Source: the human T2T-CHM13v2.0 reference genome, Homo sapiens
Length of the DNA: 64,000 bases
Assembly: GCF_009914755.1 (NCBI RefSeq)
Contig: NC_060931.1
Direction: 5' to 3' (one strand)
The translations under genes were made by a program, and so were the position numbers. Every line of letters starts with the position of its first letter. Positions within the stretch are counted from its first letter, which is position 1. Shown here one piece after another: positions 1-25,339 of the stretch. Under the pieces are notes generated by a model. It was not told the DNA's origin, ran no database searches, and saw only the letters and a list, made by a program, of their open reading frames with translations.

Positions 1-2667
1 ACAGGAGGCTGTGATGAAGGGCGGGTGGGGGGACACAGGAGGCTGTGATGAAGAGGGGGTGGGGGGACACAGGAGGCTGTGATGAAGGGCGGGTGGGGGG
101 ACACAGGAGGCTGTGATGAAGGGGGGGTGGGGGGACACAGGAGGCTGTGATGAAGGGCGGGTGGGGGGACACAGGAGCCTGTGATGAAGGGGGGGTGGGG
201 GGACACAGGAGGCTGTGATGAAGGGGGGGTGGGGGGACACAGGAGGCTGTGATGAAGGGGCGGGTGGGGGACACAGGAGGCTGTGATGAAGGGGGGGGTG
301 GGGGGACACAGGAGGCTGTGATGAAGGGGGGGGTGGGGGGACACAGGAGGCTGTGATGAAGGGGGGGGTGGGGGGACACAGGAGCCTGTGATGAAGGGGG
401 GTGGGGGGACACAGGAGGCTGTGATGAAGGGGGGGTGGGGGGACACAGGAGGCTGTGATGAAGGGGGGGGGTGGGGGGACACAGGAGCCTGTGATGAAGA
501 GGGGCGGGTGGGGGAACACAGGAGGCTGTGATGAAGGGGCGGGTGGGGGGACACAGGAGGCTGTGATGAAGGGGGGGGTGGGGGGACACAGGAGGCTGTG
601 ATGAAGGGGGGGTGGGGGACACAGGAGGCTGTGATGAAGGGGCGGGTGGGGGGACACAGGAGGCTGTGATGAAGAGGGGCGGGTGGGGGGACACAGGAGC
701 CTGTGATGAAGGGGGGGGGTGGGGGGACACAGGAGGCTGTGATGAAGGGGGGGGTGGGGGAACACAGGAGGCTGTGATGAAGGGGCGGGTGGGGGGACAC
801 AGGAGGCTGTGATGAAGAGGGGCGGGTGGGGGGACACAGGAGCCTGTGATGAAGGGGGGGGGTGGGGGGACACAGGAGGCTGTGATGAAGGGGGGGGTGG
901 GGGGACACAGGAGGCTGTGATGAAGGGGGGTGGGGGAACACAGGAGGCTGTGATGAAGGGGGGTGGGGGGACACAGGAGGCTGTGATGAAGGGGGGGTGG
1001 GGGGACACAGGAGCCTGTGATGAAGAGGGGCGGGTGGGGGGACACAGGAGGCTGTGATGAAGAGGGGCGGGTGGGGGGACACAGGAGGCTGTGATGAAGG
1101 GGGGGGTGGGGGAACACAGGAGGCTGTGATGAAGGGGGGTGGGGGGACACAGGAGGCTGTGATGAAGGGGGGTGGGGGGACACAGGAGGCTGTGATGAAG
1201 AGGGGCGGGTGGGGGGACACAGGAGGCTGTGATGAAGGGGCAGGTGGGGGGACACAGGAGGCTGTGATGAAGGGGTGGTGGGGGGACACAGGAGGCTGTG
1301 ATGAAGGGGGGGTGGGGGGACACAGGAGGCTGTGATGAAGGGGGGGGTGGGGGGACACAGGAGGCTGTGATGAAGGGGGGGTGGGGGACACAGGAGCCTG
1401 TGATGAAGAGGGGCGGGTGGGGGGACACAGGAGGCTGTGATGAAGGGGGGGGTGGGGGGACACAGGAGGCTGTGATGAAGGGGGGGGTGGGGGGACACAG
1501 GAGGCTGTGATGAAGGGGGGGGTGGGGGGACACAGGAGGCTGTGATGAAGGGGGGGTGGGGGGACACAGGAGCCTGTGATGAAGAGGGGCGGGTGGGGGG
1601 ACACAGGAGGCTGTGATGAAGAGGGGCGGGTGGGGGGACACAGGAGGCTGTGATGAAGGGGGGGGTGGGGGAACACAGGAGGCTGTGATGAAGGGGGGTG
1701 GGGGGACACAGGAGGCTGTGATGAAGGGGGGTGGGGGGACACAGGAGGCTGTGATGAAGAGGGGCGGGTGGGGGGACACAGGAGGCTGTGATGAAGGGGC
1801 AGGTGGGGGGACACAGGAGGCTGTGATGAAGGGGTGGTGGGGGGACACAGGAGGCTGTGATGAAGGGGGGGTGGGGGGACACAGGAGGCTGTGATGAAGG
1901 GGGGGGTGGGGGGACACAGGAGGCTGTGATGAAGGGGGGGTGGGGGACACAGGAGCCTGTGATGAAGAGGGGCGGGTGGGGGGACACAGGAGGCTGTGAT
2001 GAAGGGGGGGGTGGGGGGACACAGGAGGCTGTGATGAAGGGGGGGGTGGGGGGACACAGGAGGCTGTGATGAAGGGGGGGGTGGGGGGACACAGGAGGCT
2101 GTGATGAAGAGGGGCGGGTGGGGGGACACAGGAGGCTGTGATGAAGGGGGGGTGGGGGGACACAGGAGGCTGTGATGAAGGGGGGGTGGGGGACACAGGA
2201 GCCTGTGATGAAGAGGGGCGGGTGGGGGGACACAGGAGGCTGTGATGAAGGGGGGGTGGGGGGACACAGGAGGCTGTGATGAAGAGGGGCGGGTGGGGGG
2301 ACACAGGAGCCTGTGATGAAGGGGGGGGTGGGGGGACACAGGAGCCTGTGATGAAGGGGGGGGTGGGGGGACACAGGAGGCTGTGATGAAGGGGGGGTGG
2401 GGGACACAGGAGCCTGTGATGAAGAGGGGCGGGTGGGGGGACACAGGAGGCTGTGATGAAGGGGGGGTGGGGGGACACAGGAGGCTGTGATGAAGGGGGG
2501 GTGGGGGGGCACAGGAGGCTGTGATGAAGGGGGGGTGGGGGACACAGGAGCCTGTGATGAAGAGGGGCGGGTGGGGGGACACAGGAGGCTGTGATGAAGG
2601 GGGGGTGGGGGGACACAGGAGCCTGTGATGAAGAGGGGCGGGCAGGGGGAATGCAGGAGGCTGTGGA
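1..2667. repeat. G-rich minisatellite (VNTR), ~35-bp unit, ~75 copies visible, truncated by the window start
   Basis: Unit ACAGGAGGCTGTGATGAAG(G)nTGGGGGGAC repeated with variants (GAGCCT/GAGGCT, AGGGGCGGG) and variable G-run length. Degenerate last unit at ~2641-2667. Confidence 0.98.
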
Positions 2668-2704
2668 ATCCTTTACAGTTCACAAACTGCGTTCACATCA
2701 GTGA

Positions 2705-3022
2705 CTTTGGTCTTTTGCTTTTTTTTTTTTTTGAGACAGGGTCTCACTTTGTTGCCCAGGCTGGAGTACAGTGAAAAGGTGCAATCACAGCTCACTGCAG
2801 CCTCAACTTCTTGGGCCCAGAAGATCCTCCTGCCTTGGCCTCCCCAGTAACTGGGACTACAGGCACTCGCCACCATGCCTGGCTAATTCTTTTTTTTTGG
2901 GGGGGTAGAGAGTGGGTCTTGCTGTGTTGCCCAGGCTGGCCTGGGACTCCTGGGCTCAAGCGATCCTCCCGCCTCAGCCTCCCAAAGTGCTGGGATCACA
3001 GGCGTGAGCCACCACACCTGCC
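2705..3022 (-). mobile_element. Alu (AluJ-like)
   Basis: Reverse-complement Alu dimer. TSD TCACATCAGTGA at 2693-2704 and 3023-3034. Confidence 0.93.
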
Positions 3023-3428
3023 TCACATCAGTGATTCGGGACCTGAGCTCTTCTTTGGGCCTGCCTGTCCCCTGGTGGGGCGGATGTCAGGTTAAAGGTC
3101 ACCTCCCCAGCGAGGGCTGTACTTGCCACCCGACATCTCAGAGCCACTCTCTTTTTTGAACCAGGACACCCTATTTTAATTTTCTTTGTACTTTTTGCTG
3201 TTTGGTATTTTCCTTTCTATTTAAATGACTATTTTTATTTTCTGTCTCTCTCCCCTAAAATATAAGTTCCATGAGATCAGAAACTTTGTCCTGTTCCCCT
3301 AGCCAATCGATAGTCATTAAATGAACCACCAAATTAGCGATTCTCACATCAATAGATGAAAAATAAAGGAGAGACCTCACAGCTTGAGAGAAGAAAATGC
3401 ATAGTGATTGTTTTAAAGAAATGGCTAA

Positions 3429-3745
<317 letters not shown>

Positions 3746-4309
3746 AAATGGCTAAATTTTAAGTGCATACATAAACTCTTTTAAGATAGAGTGAGACCGT
3801 ATTAACAGCGGATTTTTTCCTACAGTCTTACATTTGGGGCCAAGTTGGCTGGAGCTAGAAATTGCACGCATTCTTGTGAAAATCTCACCAACAAAGGAAG
3901 GCCTACCAGATACCTTTGAACTGGGCACCAGACCAACGTGGCCATGTCAGCAGCGTCGCTGGCACCATCTGGCCCGGCTGCCCGGTGTTGGAGGGGTTTA
4001 AACATTGTTACTGACCCGCATTGGTTGTAACTCTGTTCTTCATTCAGAGACGAGAGTGAGGAGAGGGTTTTCTGGAGTGTTAGAAACACACTTTGGTGAA
4101 ATGACTTCTAACCCAGCACAGAACATCGACCAGGGTTGTAAAATGAGTACAGAAATCCTTGTAATGTGAGAGGATTACGGTTGCCCATAAATATTTATGG
4201 GGTAACAGCAGCTTCTCAGATGTGTCATACACAAGACATCTGCCACCGAGGCTGAAGCCCAGACTAGATAGTTCAACACAGACTCACGTAACATGTTTAT
4301 TGTTTATGA

Positions 4310-5164
<855 letters not shown>

Positions 5165-5195
5165 CGAAAAGTCATATTTTTAAAGTGAAGTTAGG

Positions 5196-5640
5196 GGCTG
5201 GGCGTGGTGGCTCATGTCTGTAATTCTAGCACTTTGGGAGGCAGAAGCCAGAGGACTGCTTGAGGTCAGGAGTTCAAGACCGGCTGGGGCAACACGGTGA
5301 AATCCTGTCTGTAACTTTACTTTTAAAATACACAAAAATTGGGCCAGAAGGATGGCTGACACCTGTAATCCCAACACTTAGAGAGGCCGAGGGGGGCGGA
5401 TCACCTGAGGTCAGGAGTTCCAGACCAGCCTGGCCAACATGATGAAACCCCGCCTTTACTAAAAATACAAAAATTAGCCGGGCGTGGTGGCGGGCGCCTG
5501 TGATCCTAGTTATTTGAGAGGCTGAGGCAGGACTATTGCTTGCACCCAGAGGTGGAGGTTGCAGTGAGCTGAGATCATGCCACTGCACTCCAGCCTGGGC
5601 GACAGAGTGAAACTCTGCCTCAATCAATCAATCAATCAAT
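5196..5640 (+). mobile_element. Alu left monomer with a full Alu inserted in its A-rich tail; (TCAA)n tail
   Basis: Alu blocks. Outer duplicated flank AAGTGAAGTT near 5183 and 5670. Confidence 0.88.
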
Positions 5641-6264
5641 CCATAGAAATAAAATACATAATTTTTTTTAAGTGAAGTTTGGGTCAAGGGGCTTATTTTC
5701 TTCTAACCTCCTCACCTAGCAAAACTGCTGGCCTCTAAATTCTCAGAAGCCGCCCCGGGCCCCACGGAATTCTAATGAACGCACATTGTCTCCCTGCTAG
5801 AGATGAGTCTGTGCCTGTCCCAACAGTGCTGGGTGGTGGCTCCCCGACTCGGGGCCCCCCAAGGGGCGTGCAGTTCTTCGGAGGCTCTTGCCTACGCGCT
5901 CCCCGGCCTCCACTTGGCCTCGAGCCTGGGGAAGGCGCCGCGCTTGGCTCTTGAATCTTGCTGGCAGTTTTCCCAAGTTCCACAGAAGCCCCGGTGAGAA
6001 GTACAGTTCTGCCTCCTGTTGTTTTGGGCTGTTGTTTACGCGGTCCTGGGATACATATGGCGCATGGAAGCAATTAAGGTAAAGATGCTGAATGGGTCCG
6101 TCCCCCAGGGCTCCAGGCTGCCAATCTCCCATCCCAGGGAGGCTCCGCTCAAACCCATGAGCCCCGAGAACGTGCGTGCGTGAGAACAGCGCTCTTCAGA
6201 GTGGTTTGGTGTTGTTGCTTCTTAAGATTGATTTTTAACCTCAGCCAACAAAAAACCAGGAGTG

Positions 6265-7778
<1,514 letters not shown>

Positions 7779-8062
7779 GAGACGGCCCTGCCACATCGCC
7801 CGGGTGCATCTCTGTGGCTGTGAAAGTGAGAGCCGGAGGTCCCGGGGAGCAGAGGTCGTGAGGCCTCTGTGCTGGCTTCTCGGTATTCCTGTCTTGGTAT
7901 TCCTGGCAGTTTGGTCCCCTGGAGGTGGCCATGTGGCATGGACAGGGGCCTCTATGCAGAGGCTTTTTCAGCAACTGTGCTGTGCTGCCGCCATGGCCAC
8001 CTCCGTTGTCATCATCCAAAGGCACCTGCCGTCCACAGCACGGAAGCACGCTCAGGCACTAC

Positions 8063-8968
<906 letters not shown>

Positions 8969-9226
8969 GCAAATTCTTTCCCTTCTTTCTTCCCCAAACT
9001 GCCACAGTAGTGTCATGCAGAATATACTTAAAACAGAGGGTCCCTAGTTTCTTATTTTTAGTCCCGATGAAAAGAGAATAGCACTTCACTAGTGAGAATC
9101 TGTGGAGCAGTAGAAGAAGAAGGTTTACACTATGCAATTACCAAAGTACAATGGCCTGCACTGACTGAAAGCTGACTTGAGAAGCCATTGAATGGGGCTA
9201 ATTAATATGTGAAAATTCAAATTTGA

Positions 9227-9624
<398 letters not shown>

Positions 9625-9928
9625 TTATTCTCTCTAAGGTTGGAAGGAGTGTTCCTCAGAACCACGGGCGCTGAGGGAGATCTGGAAATGTATGTAAGTT
9701 ACCGTCACAAGGCACAGATACATGGGAAGACATGACACATTCAGATTTTAGCAATACTTATAAACTCCAACAACAGGTGACGGAGGGAAAAGAGCCGCGG
9801 GTAAATTTCGATAGCGATTTAGGCTGGCCGAATGTGAAAATTTTCTCTTTAGTATTCAAATTTGTCAAGTAATTTACTCTGAACTCCCAAATAATAAACA
9901 AAATGTGAAATAAATAAGACTGGCCAGG

Positions 9929-10226
<298 letters not shown>

Positions 10227-10403
10227 TTAAGTAAGGCTGGCCAGAGACCCAGGGGAGGGATGCATGCCAGCCACTCCGCCCAGGCACCTCACTCTGTTTT
10301 TGTTTTAGATCTGAGCCTTTGAGGCCAGGGCTGGCTGGACAAATGCCCCCAAAACAGCACGTGTGCACTCCTCCATTGGCAGCCAACCGGGCTTTGCTGG
10401 AGC

Positions 10404-10471
10404 TGTGCGTGTGTGCGTGTGCGTGCGTGTGCGTGCGTGCGTGTGTGTGTGTATGTGTGTGTGTGTGCATG
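10404..10471. repeat. Alternating purine-pyrimidine (TG/CG)n microsatellite, Z-DNA-prone
   Basis: ~68 nt of TGTGCGTG.../TGTG alternation. Confidence 0.9.
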
Positions 10472-10928
10472 GCTAAGGATTTCGGAGAGCAAGACAGTTC
10501 CCCTGTAACTCTGATTCTATAAAAAATATGCTGCTTGCAGTCAGGGAGCGGGGTTTCTTTCTGCCCCTCCTGGGCTGTGTGAGGGGCTCCGTATTTATTC
10601 TGGCAAGCCTCACAAGTGGTGTTGCCGCAAATTTCTGGTAGCGTCTGGGCTCAGCTGCGCTGGGTGGGGCCTTCTTGGGTTCCAGGCCTTCTTGCCGGAG
10701 TTCATTTAAAACCATGATTGGTGACACCAGGAAGAGAACAGCACCAGAGCACAAGTCCTCAGCTGCGCATTTTGGTTTAAGAAAATAGATGACCTCCAGG
10801 GACACCAAGCAGCGACTTCATTTTAAATAGAACCACCCACAGATTCTGGTGTTACCTGAAAATCTAAAAGATGTAATTATGAGTGTTCATAGCATTAGTT
10901 GACAAGGGTCTGAAAATACTGAAGATAG

Positions 10929-11794
<866 letters not shown>

Positions 11795-12020
11795 TGATAT
11801 CCTTCAACTGAAACCAAGTTCTGTGACATCTGTTGCAACCATGTTTCCAAGCTTCAGTCATTCACACGCCCCGCGCTCAGCCATAGCCACATCCCCAGAC
11901 CACCTGTATGATCAACTATGATATGTGTTTTTTAAACCAATTTGCTCTTTTAGCTTAAATAAATTCACTTGAGATGAAGCTCTACCTCACTGCTGTAGAA
12001 TTACACTGTTGGGAGGACGG

Positions 12021-14350
<2,330 letters not shown>

Positions 14351-14409
14351 ATAGTTCTTTCAGCAAAGGCCTGTTGAGGTAAATGTTCTTGTTTGAAAAT
14401 GTATGTCCT

Positions 14410-14875
14410 GGGCTGGGTGGGATGGCTGAAGCCTGAAGCCTGTAATCCCAGCACTTTGGGAGGCCAAGGCGGGCAGATCACCACGTCAGGAGTTCAAGAC
14501 CAGCCTGGCCAATATGGCAAAACCCCAACTCTATTAAAAATACAAAATTAGCCGGGCGTGGTGGTGCGTGCATGTAATCCCAGCTATTGGGGAGGCTGAG
14601 GCGGGAGAATTGCTTGAACTCAGGAGGTGGAGGTTGCAGTCAGCTGAGATCGCACCACTGTACTCCAGCCTGGGTGATAAGAGTGCAACTCCGTCTCAAA
14701 AAAAAAAAAAAAAGTCCTTATTTCACCTTAAGACAGCTTAGCTGGAGCCTGGTGCGGTGGTCCGTGCCTGTAGTCCCAGCTCCTCAGGAGGCTGAGGCAG
14801 GCTGGAGTTGGAGGCTGCAGTGAGGCATGATGGCGCCAGCACACTCCAGCCTGGGCGACAAAGAGAGGCCAAGAC
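14410..14875 (+). mobile_element. Full Alu plus a downstream degenerate Alu arm
   Basis: Dimer with poly-A at ~14698-14713. Right-arm-like piece at ~14745-14875. Confidence 0.88.
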
Positions 14876-15525
14876 TCTACTACAAAATGTTTTTGAAATG
14901 GCTCAGCTGGGTGTGCAGACTCCTACACTGGCCCCTGCTTTCTCTCAGCATTCAGAGGCCTCGTTCTGTCGCGTTTCTGCTTGTTGCTGCCGCTAGGGAG
15001 TCTGCCGCCCCTCTCGTCACCCGCCCGTGGGTGACCGGTGTCTTCTCCCTGGAGGTCTGTGAGCCGTCTCCCTGTCTTTGATGGCCTGTGTTTTTTCCAC
15101 TGAGGCCTGTTTCGGTTTGGATTTTTTCTCATGCATCCTGCTTGGGACTTATGTTTTCTGAGTCCAGGAATATCTATCTTTCATCAGTTCCATAAAATTC
15201 TCAGCCCTTCCCTCTGCCTCTGGCCTCTACCCCATTTCCATGTCCTCCCCGAGCACCTGTGAGAGGGACGCAGGTGGCCTCACTGGCCTGCAGGCTCTTA
15301 GCTTTCCTGGGCTGCCCTGTTGCTGGCCCTGAGTTCACCTCGCCCTCCTCTCTCTTCTGCCTGTCCCCACCTGGGTTTAGACACAGGAATCCTCTGACCC
15401 TCCTTTTCATCCTTGTTCTCTCTCTTCCTTTCCTGCTCCCAAATTACAGCACCCAAAACAATACCTTACTCATCATACAACCACAATAACCATTTGTTGA
15501 TTTAATTTCATTTTAGGAAATTTCA

Positions 15526-16051
<526 letters not shown>

Positions 16052-17662
16052 AGAAATTTCAGGAAGAAACACCCAGAATTCCACTCAAAACAGGTTTTCC
16101 TTGAGAACGCCATCCAAATAAACAGGATCAGCTTTATAGACTCCTCTCTGAGACGCCCGTGTTTCAGTTGGCAGCCGGCCCGTTTCTTTTAAGCCCGCCC
16201 TAATTTATTTTTGGTCCCATGCATAGGAGCCAGTGCTTATTTTGATAACCGCGTTTATGCTTTCAAGCTTTGACAGACAAATCATTGCCCTGGGCTTCCT
16301 GGCGGCCACGAGCTCCGGCTCACCTCCCGCTCTGAGGAGCCGCGGACCCTCCAGCAGACCCAGGTCTGTTCTCTGCAATTAGTTATCTTGCAGTTGAGCC
16401 CCTCCTGGACAGTTGTCCCTGAAAAGAGAAAAAAGACAAACGCAGGATGTAAAGCCCTTTCTAAACTCTCATCTTCTGTGTAAATGGTAGGAAGCGGTGC
16501 TCACTGTCTGTGGGGGTTAAAGAGGCATGTTAGCCACGGTGGGGGGACTCTCTTGGGCTGCATTGCTGGCGCAGGCCCCCTCCAGGCACGTCCTGGCTGC
16601 AGGTCCCCAGAGGGGAGTTTCCTAGTCTGGGAGGGTATTCCCAAAGCCCAGAAGAAGCCTCTCTTCACAACATTCCCAGGAAACTCTTCCCCCATCCGTG
16701 GGTGCCTCTCATCCCAGCTGCTCTAATTAGACAGGAGACGTCAGCCCAGCACCTCCTGCCCCTCCTTCTCCAGCCTGAGCACAGAAGGCAGGATCGAGCC
16801 AGGTTATGGGGTGAAAAGCCAAGCCCGGGCTCTCAGACAGAAGCTGCTTTGCCGTTTGGCCTCATCCAACTCAGGCAACGACTCCCCGTTGTTCCTCGGA
16901 TAACACGGAGCACGGCGAGGTCAGAGGAAGGGGAGCGGGGTCCCGCCTGCTGGCCGGCTGCCAGGCGGAGCTGGAGCACCTGGGCACCAGATGTGCCCTC
17001 TGCTCGGGGACCGCTGTTGACCCGACAGGCGCACGTTCCACACCCACACCGTCGCTGCTTTGCTCAGAGGGACCAGGGCTGGAGGCCGAGCTGAGACAGG
17101 CCGGGCCGGCTTCCTTTCCGCTGCCCGCCTTTCTCCTCTCTGCACCGCCCAGACCCGTGCGTGGCACCCCTTCCTGCCTGGCAGTGCAAAGGAGCGGCTG
17201 CCCGACCTCCGCTTGGTGATTGCAGCAGCAGATCCTGGTGCCCGTGTGGGTTCCTCATGCCTCGGTATCTCTGCTGGAATTCATCTGGGAGAAGCCACAG
17301 GAAGAGAACTCCGTTCTCATGAGCAGGTGGGGTTGGGCCATGTCACCGGCCGTCCATGTCATGGTTGGTCCACAGGGTCCCTGGACACAGACACTGGAGA
17401 GCTCCCCCGGGGCCCACAGCAGGAGTTTCGACTGGCAAACCCACCAGTGTCGTCATTAGAGGAAGAGCCGGCTGCTGGGCACAGATGAGGACCGGTGGGG
17501 GCCAGGCACGAAAGCCAAGCTAGCCACACGGGCAGCCAACACGGCCCAGCCCGGCAGCCCCATGCAGGAGGCTCTGGAATGGCAGTGATGCCCTCTCAGC
17601 CAGGACTGTCCAGACCAGGGGGATGAAGGCAGCCAGGGTTGCCTCAGGTCCGTTTGTTATTC

Positions 17663-18285
<623 letters not shown>

Positions 18286-18899
18286 TAGTGAATTTTATAT
18301 CATGTGAATCTAACCTCAATTTAAACTCTTAGAACGACATTCCCCGAAACTAAACTAAAAGAGTAAATCGGTATGTGTTTATTGATCAGAATTAAGAGCA
18401 TCTTTCTTCGAGCGGAACTTCACCTGAATCTCTCCTAGACAAAGGGAAGCTTTCTTCTCCCAAGACGCCGCCTGGCTAACCTCAGTGCCTCAGTCACAAA
18501 CTTCTTCCAAGTGTAAATGTGCGTTTGGAGATCACGCTTGCTCTTTCTCTGGCTTGTTTCACATTCGAGGTAATTTGGGATTGGCTCTGATACTTTTTTG
18601 CTTTAGAAGAGTAGTAGAAATTAATTAATCTACAACTGCACTGATAGCAAAAGTTAATATAAATTTTAATAAAAACACAACCTCAATAAGCTCCCCCATT
18701 CTTCTCATAAATGCAACAGTAGTTTAAAAATTGTAGATTAAAAAAATTAATAAAACAGCTGAGGCTAGGGACCGTGAGGCTCAAATACGGGGACACAGTG
18801 TGAGTTTCGACTGCCCGGTGGCGCAGGGGCCCGACAGATGCCCTCCAAGTGCCTTTCCCTCACTCTGTGCGTTGAACATGTCCCTGGGCCTTTAACTAA

Positions 18900-19708
<809 letters not shown>

Positions 19709-19777
19709 CTAGTCGGAGTCTACTCTGTTGAGAGATTCTCTCCCCGATCAAATGGGAGTGGTTTTGGTAAGATAGAG

Positions 19778-20075
19778 TTTTTTTTTTTCTTTTTGAAATG
19801 GAGTCTCACTCTGTCACCCAGGCTGGAGAGCAGTGGCTTGATCTCGGTTCACTACAACCTGTGCCTCCCAGTTCAAGCGATTCTCCTGCCTCTGCCTCCC
19901 GAGTAGCTGGGATTACAGGCACCTGCCACCACGCCGAACTAATTTTTGTATTTTTAGTAGAGACGGGGTTTCGCCATATTGGCCAGGCTGGTCTCGAACT
20001 CCTGACCTCGTGATCTGCCTGCCTTGGCCTCCTAAAGTGCTGGGATTACAGGCGTGAGCCACCGCGCCCGGCCTG
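19778..20075 (-). mobile_element. Alu
   Basis: Antisense dimer. Flanking AGAGTTT duplicated. Confidence 0.92.
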
Positions 20076-20789
20076 GCAGAGTTTCTTTTAAAGGTGAGGA
20101 GAGTCTACAAATGAAAGCAGTAGGGAAGAGAAAACCTTGGTTAGTGTGGTCCTCATGCAACCAGCTTTCTTCCCTCAATGCCAGAACTAGAATTGGAAAT
20201 AATTTAAACTTGGCCAGAAATCGGTGCCCTGCCCCGTGGGCAGACACCTGCGTGTCTGGGGGAGACAGAGCATAAGGTGTGAACCGCAAGGCTTCTAAGC
20301 CGGGGAATGCAGTGGGACTGAGGTCTGCATAGGGACCCTCAGGGAGCCAGCAGCGGCCCGAAGCCTCCCGACGCCTCCCCCTTGGGGCGCATCCCCGGGA
20401 GCCAGGGGGCACCAAGGAAGCCCTGCGTCTTGAGTTGCCGCAGAGAGAGGCGCGGGGAGAGCCTGCCTGCGTTCGGTGGGTGTCCTGGGTCTTGTTGAGG
20501 ACTCCTTAGAAAGAGGGGCAAGAGCCACCCAGAGCAAGAAAGGCTGGCTTGGGATGAAGCCCATCAGGATGGAAGGAATGAGATCGAGCCCTCAGATTTC
20601 TGTTGGGACCTGTTCTACTTCCCCACCTCCATGGACTTCACGGCTTTGCTGAAACCCGAATTGTGTTCAGCTGTGGCGTTCAGACCTGCCCAGCCGAGCT
20701 CAACCTGCACCCAAGACCCTTTTCCTGGGGGAAGCCCCACTTCTGCTGGGGGCCGGTTTGAGAAATATTTTCTTCTTTTTTTTAGTTGC

Positions 20790-23095
<2,306 letters not shown>

Positions 23096-23096
23096 T

Positions 23097-23638
<542 letters not shown>

Positions 23639-25011
23639 TAGCAATAACCCGACCTGTGCAGGTGGGGCCTGGTAGTCTTGGTGGAAGACCCCGGATGCTG
23701 CCTCAAGCTGGGGCCTTTATGTGTGCCATGTACAGGGCAACGAGGTTGCTGCACCCCTCTGACCCCTGGGCACTCAGAGAGGTGGTAGCTTCTCCTGGAC
23801 TTTGGAACAGCCTGTCCTTCGGGGGAGACAACGAAAGTCTTCTTTCTAGGACAGCTCCCAGCCACCCCCGCACACCACACCAGTCACCTTCTCGTTCACA
23901 CACCTGAGCTCAGGAAAGCATCGCCCCCAGTTTCTCAGGAGGGTGGCCGCAGGAGCCTCCTGGTGACACAGGTCCTCTTCCCTGTCTCTGTTCTCCTGTG
24001 TTTTGTCTGAGGGCTGAGGCATTGACTCATGACCGTTTCCTCCATCTTGAAGTCTGTGGTTCTTCACCATTATACAGAACTCTGTTTGAAAGTCATTTTT
24101 TGGGAGGCTGAGGTGGGTGGATTGCTTGAGGTCAGGAGTTTGAGACCAGCCTGGCCAACATAGTGAAAACCTCTACTAAATACAAAATACAAAATACAAA
24201 AATATTAAATATTTAGTATTTAGTAGCCCGGCCTGATAATAATAACAAATTTTTTTTTAATGAAAAAAAATGAGTCACTCTCGTCTTAGTAAGTTTGAGG
24301 GTATCTTATTTAGGGGGAAATGAAGCCATAACCAAATGATGCAGAAGTTTCCTAGAGAAGGCAGAGAGAGGTTGGCCCGCCTTTGCCAGTGACCCTGAGC
24401 CAAACCTAAAGGTGAACAAGCCAGGTGCCCATTGTCTCCAGCGCACTTTAACAATGCTGATGAAAGCAAAAGAGGCCTTTTCAGCAATGCTGGCAGCCCC
24501 GTGAGCAGGGCATGGTTTCGCCGCTCCATGGGAGTGGCCTGGGCCCCAAGACTCCAGAGACGCTACCATGGGGGAACTCGGTGGGCCTCTTCCAGCAGCC
24601 TGCCCTAGCCCGTGTAACCAGGCAGAGGAGGAGAAGCAGGCGGCCCCCGCTCACGCTTCCCACAGGCTATGCTCCCTCTGCTTTGCAGTGGTCCCGAGAA
24701 TCCGATGGGCCACCCAGCCTCTACTCAGGCCATTGTGACACAGGCCCCCAGCGCTCCTCCTGCCTATTCTGAACGTGGGTTGCACCCCGGGTGCATTGCA
24801 GTGTCAGACTGACCGGCCCAGAGCTGCAATGGCCCAGCGGGAGGTCACGAAGGGGTTCTGAAAATGAGCTGGGTGTGGGGGAGTAGGGGTCAGGAGGGGA
24901 CCTGGAGTGGCAACCCCTGCACCTGCCATGCAGACGTTCCCCTGCGAGCTGGGCAGCAAGTCTCTCAGACAGAGCACCAAGAAGCTGCATTCCCCCGGTC
25001 TCCTGGGCTCA

Positions 25012-25339
<328 letters not shown>

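Noticed and set aside
612-2069. Gly-rich ORFs in the VNTR
   Set aside because: They are translations of the 35-bp repeat, and the frame changes with G-run length.
7987-7996. Perfect Kozak GCCGCCATGG just downstream of the LTR
   Set aside because: The ORF runs straight into an Alu, and the same 10-mer occurs at ~63066, consistent with chance in GC-rich DNA.
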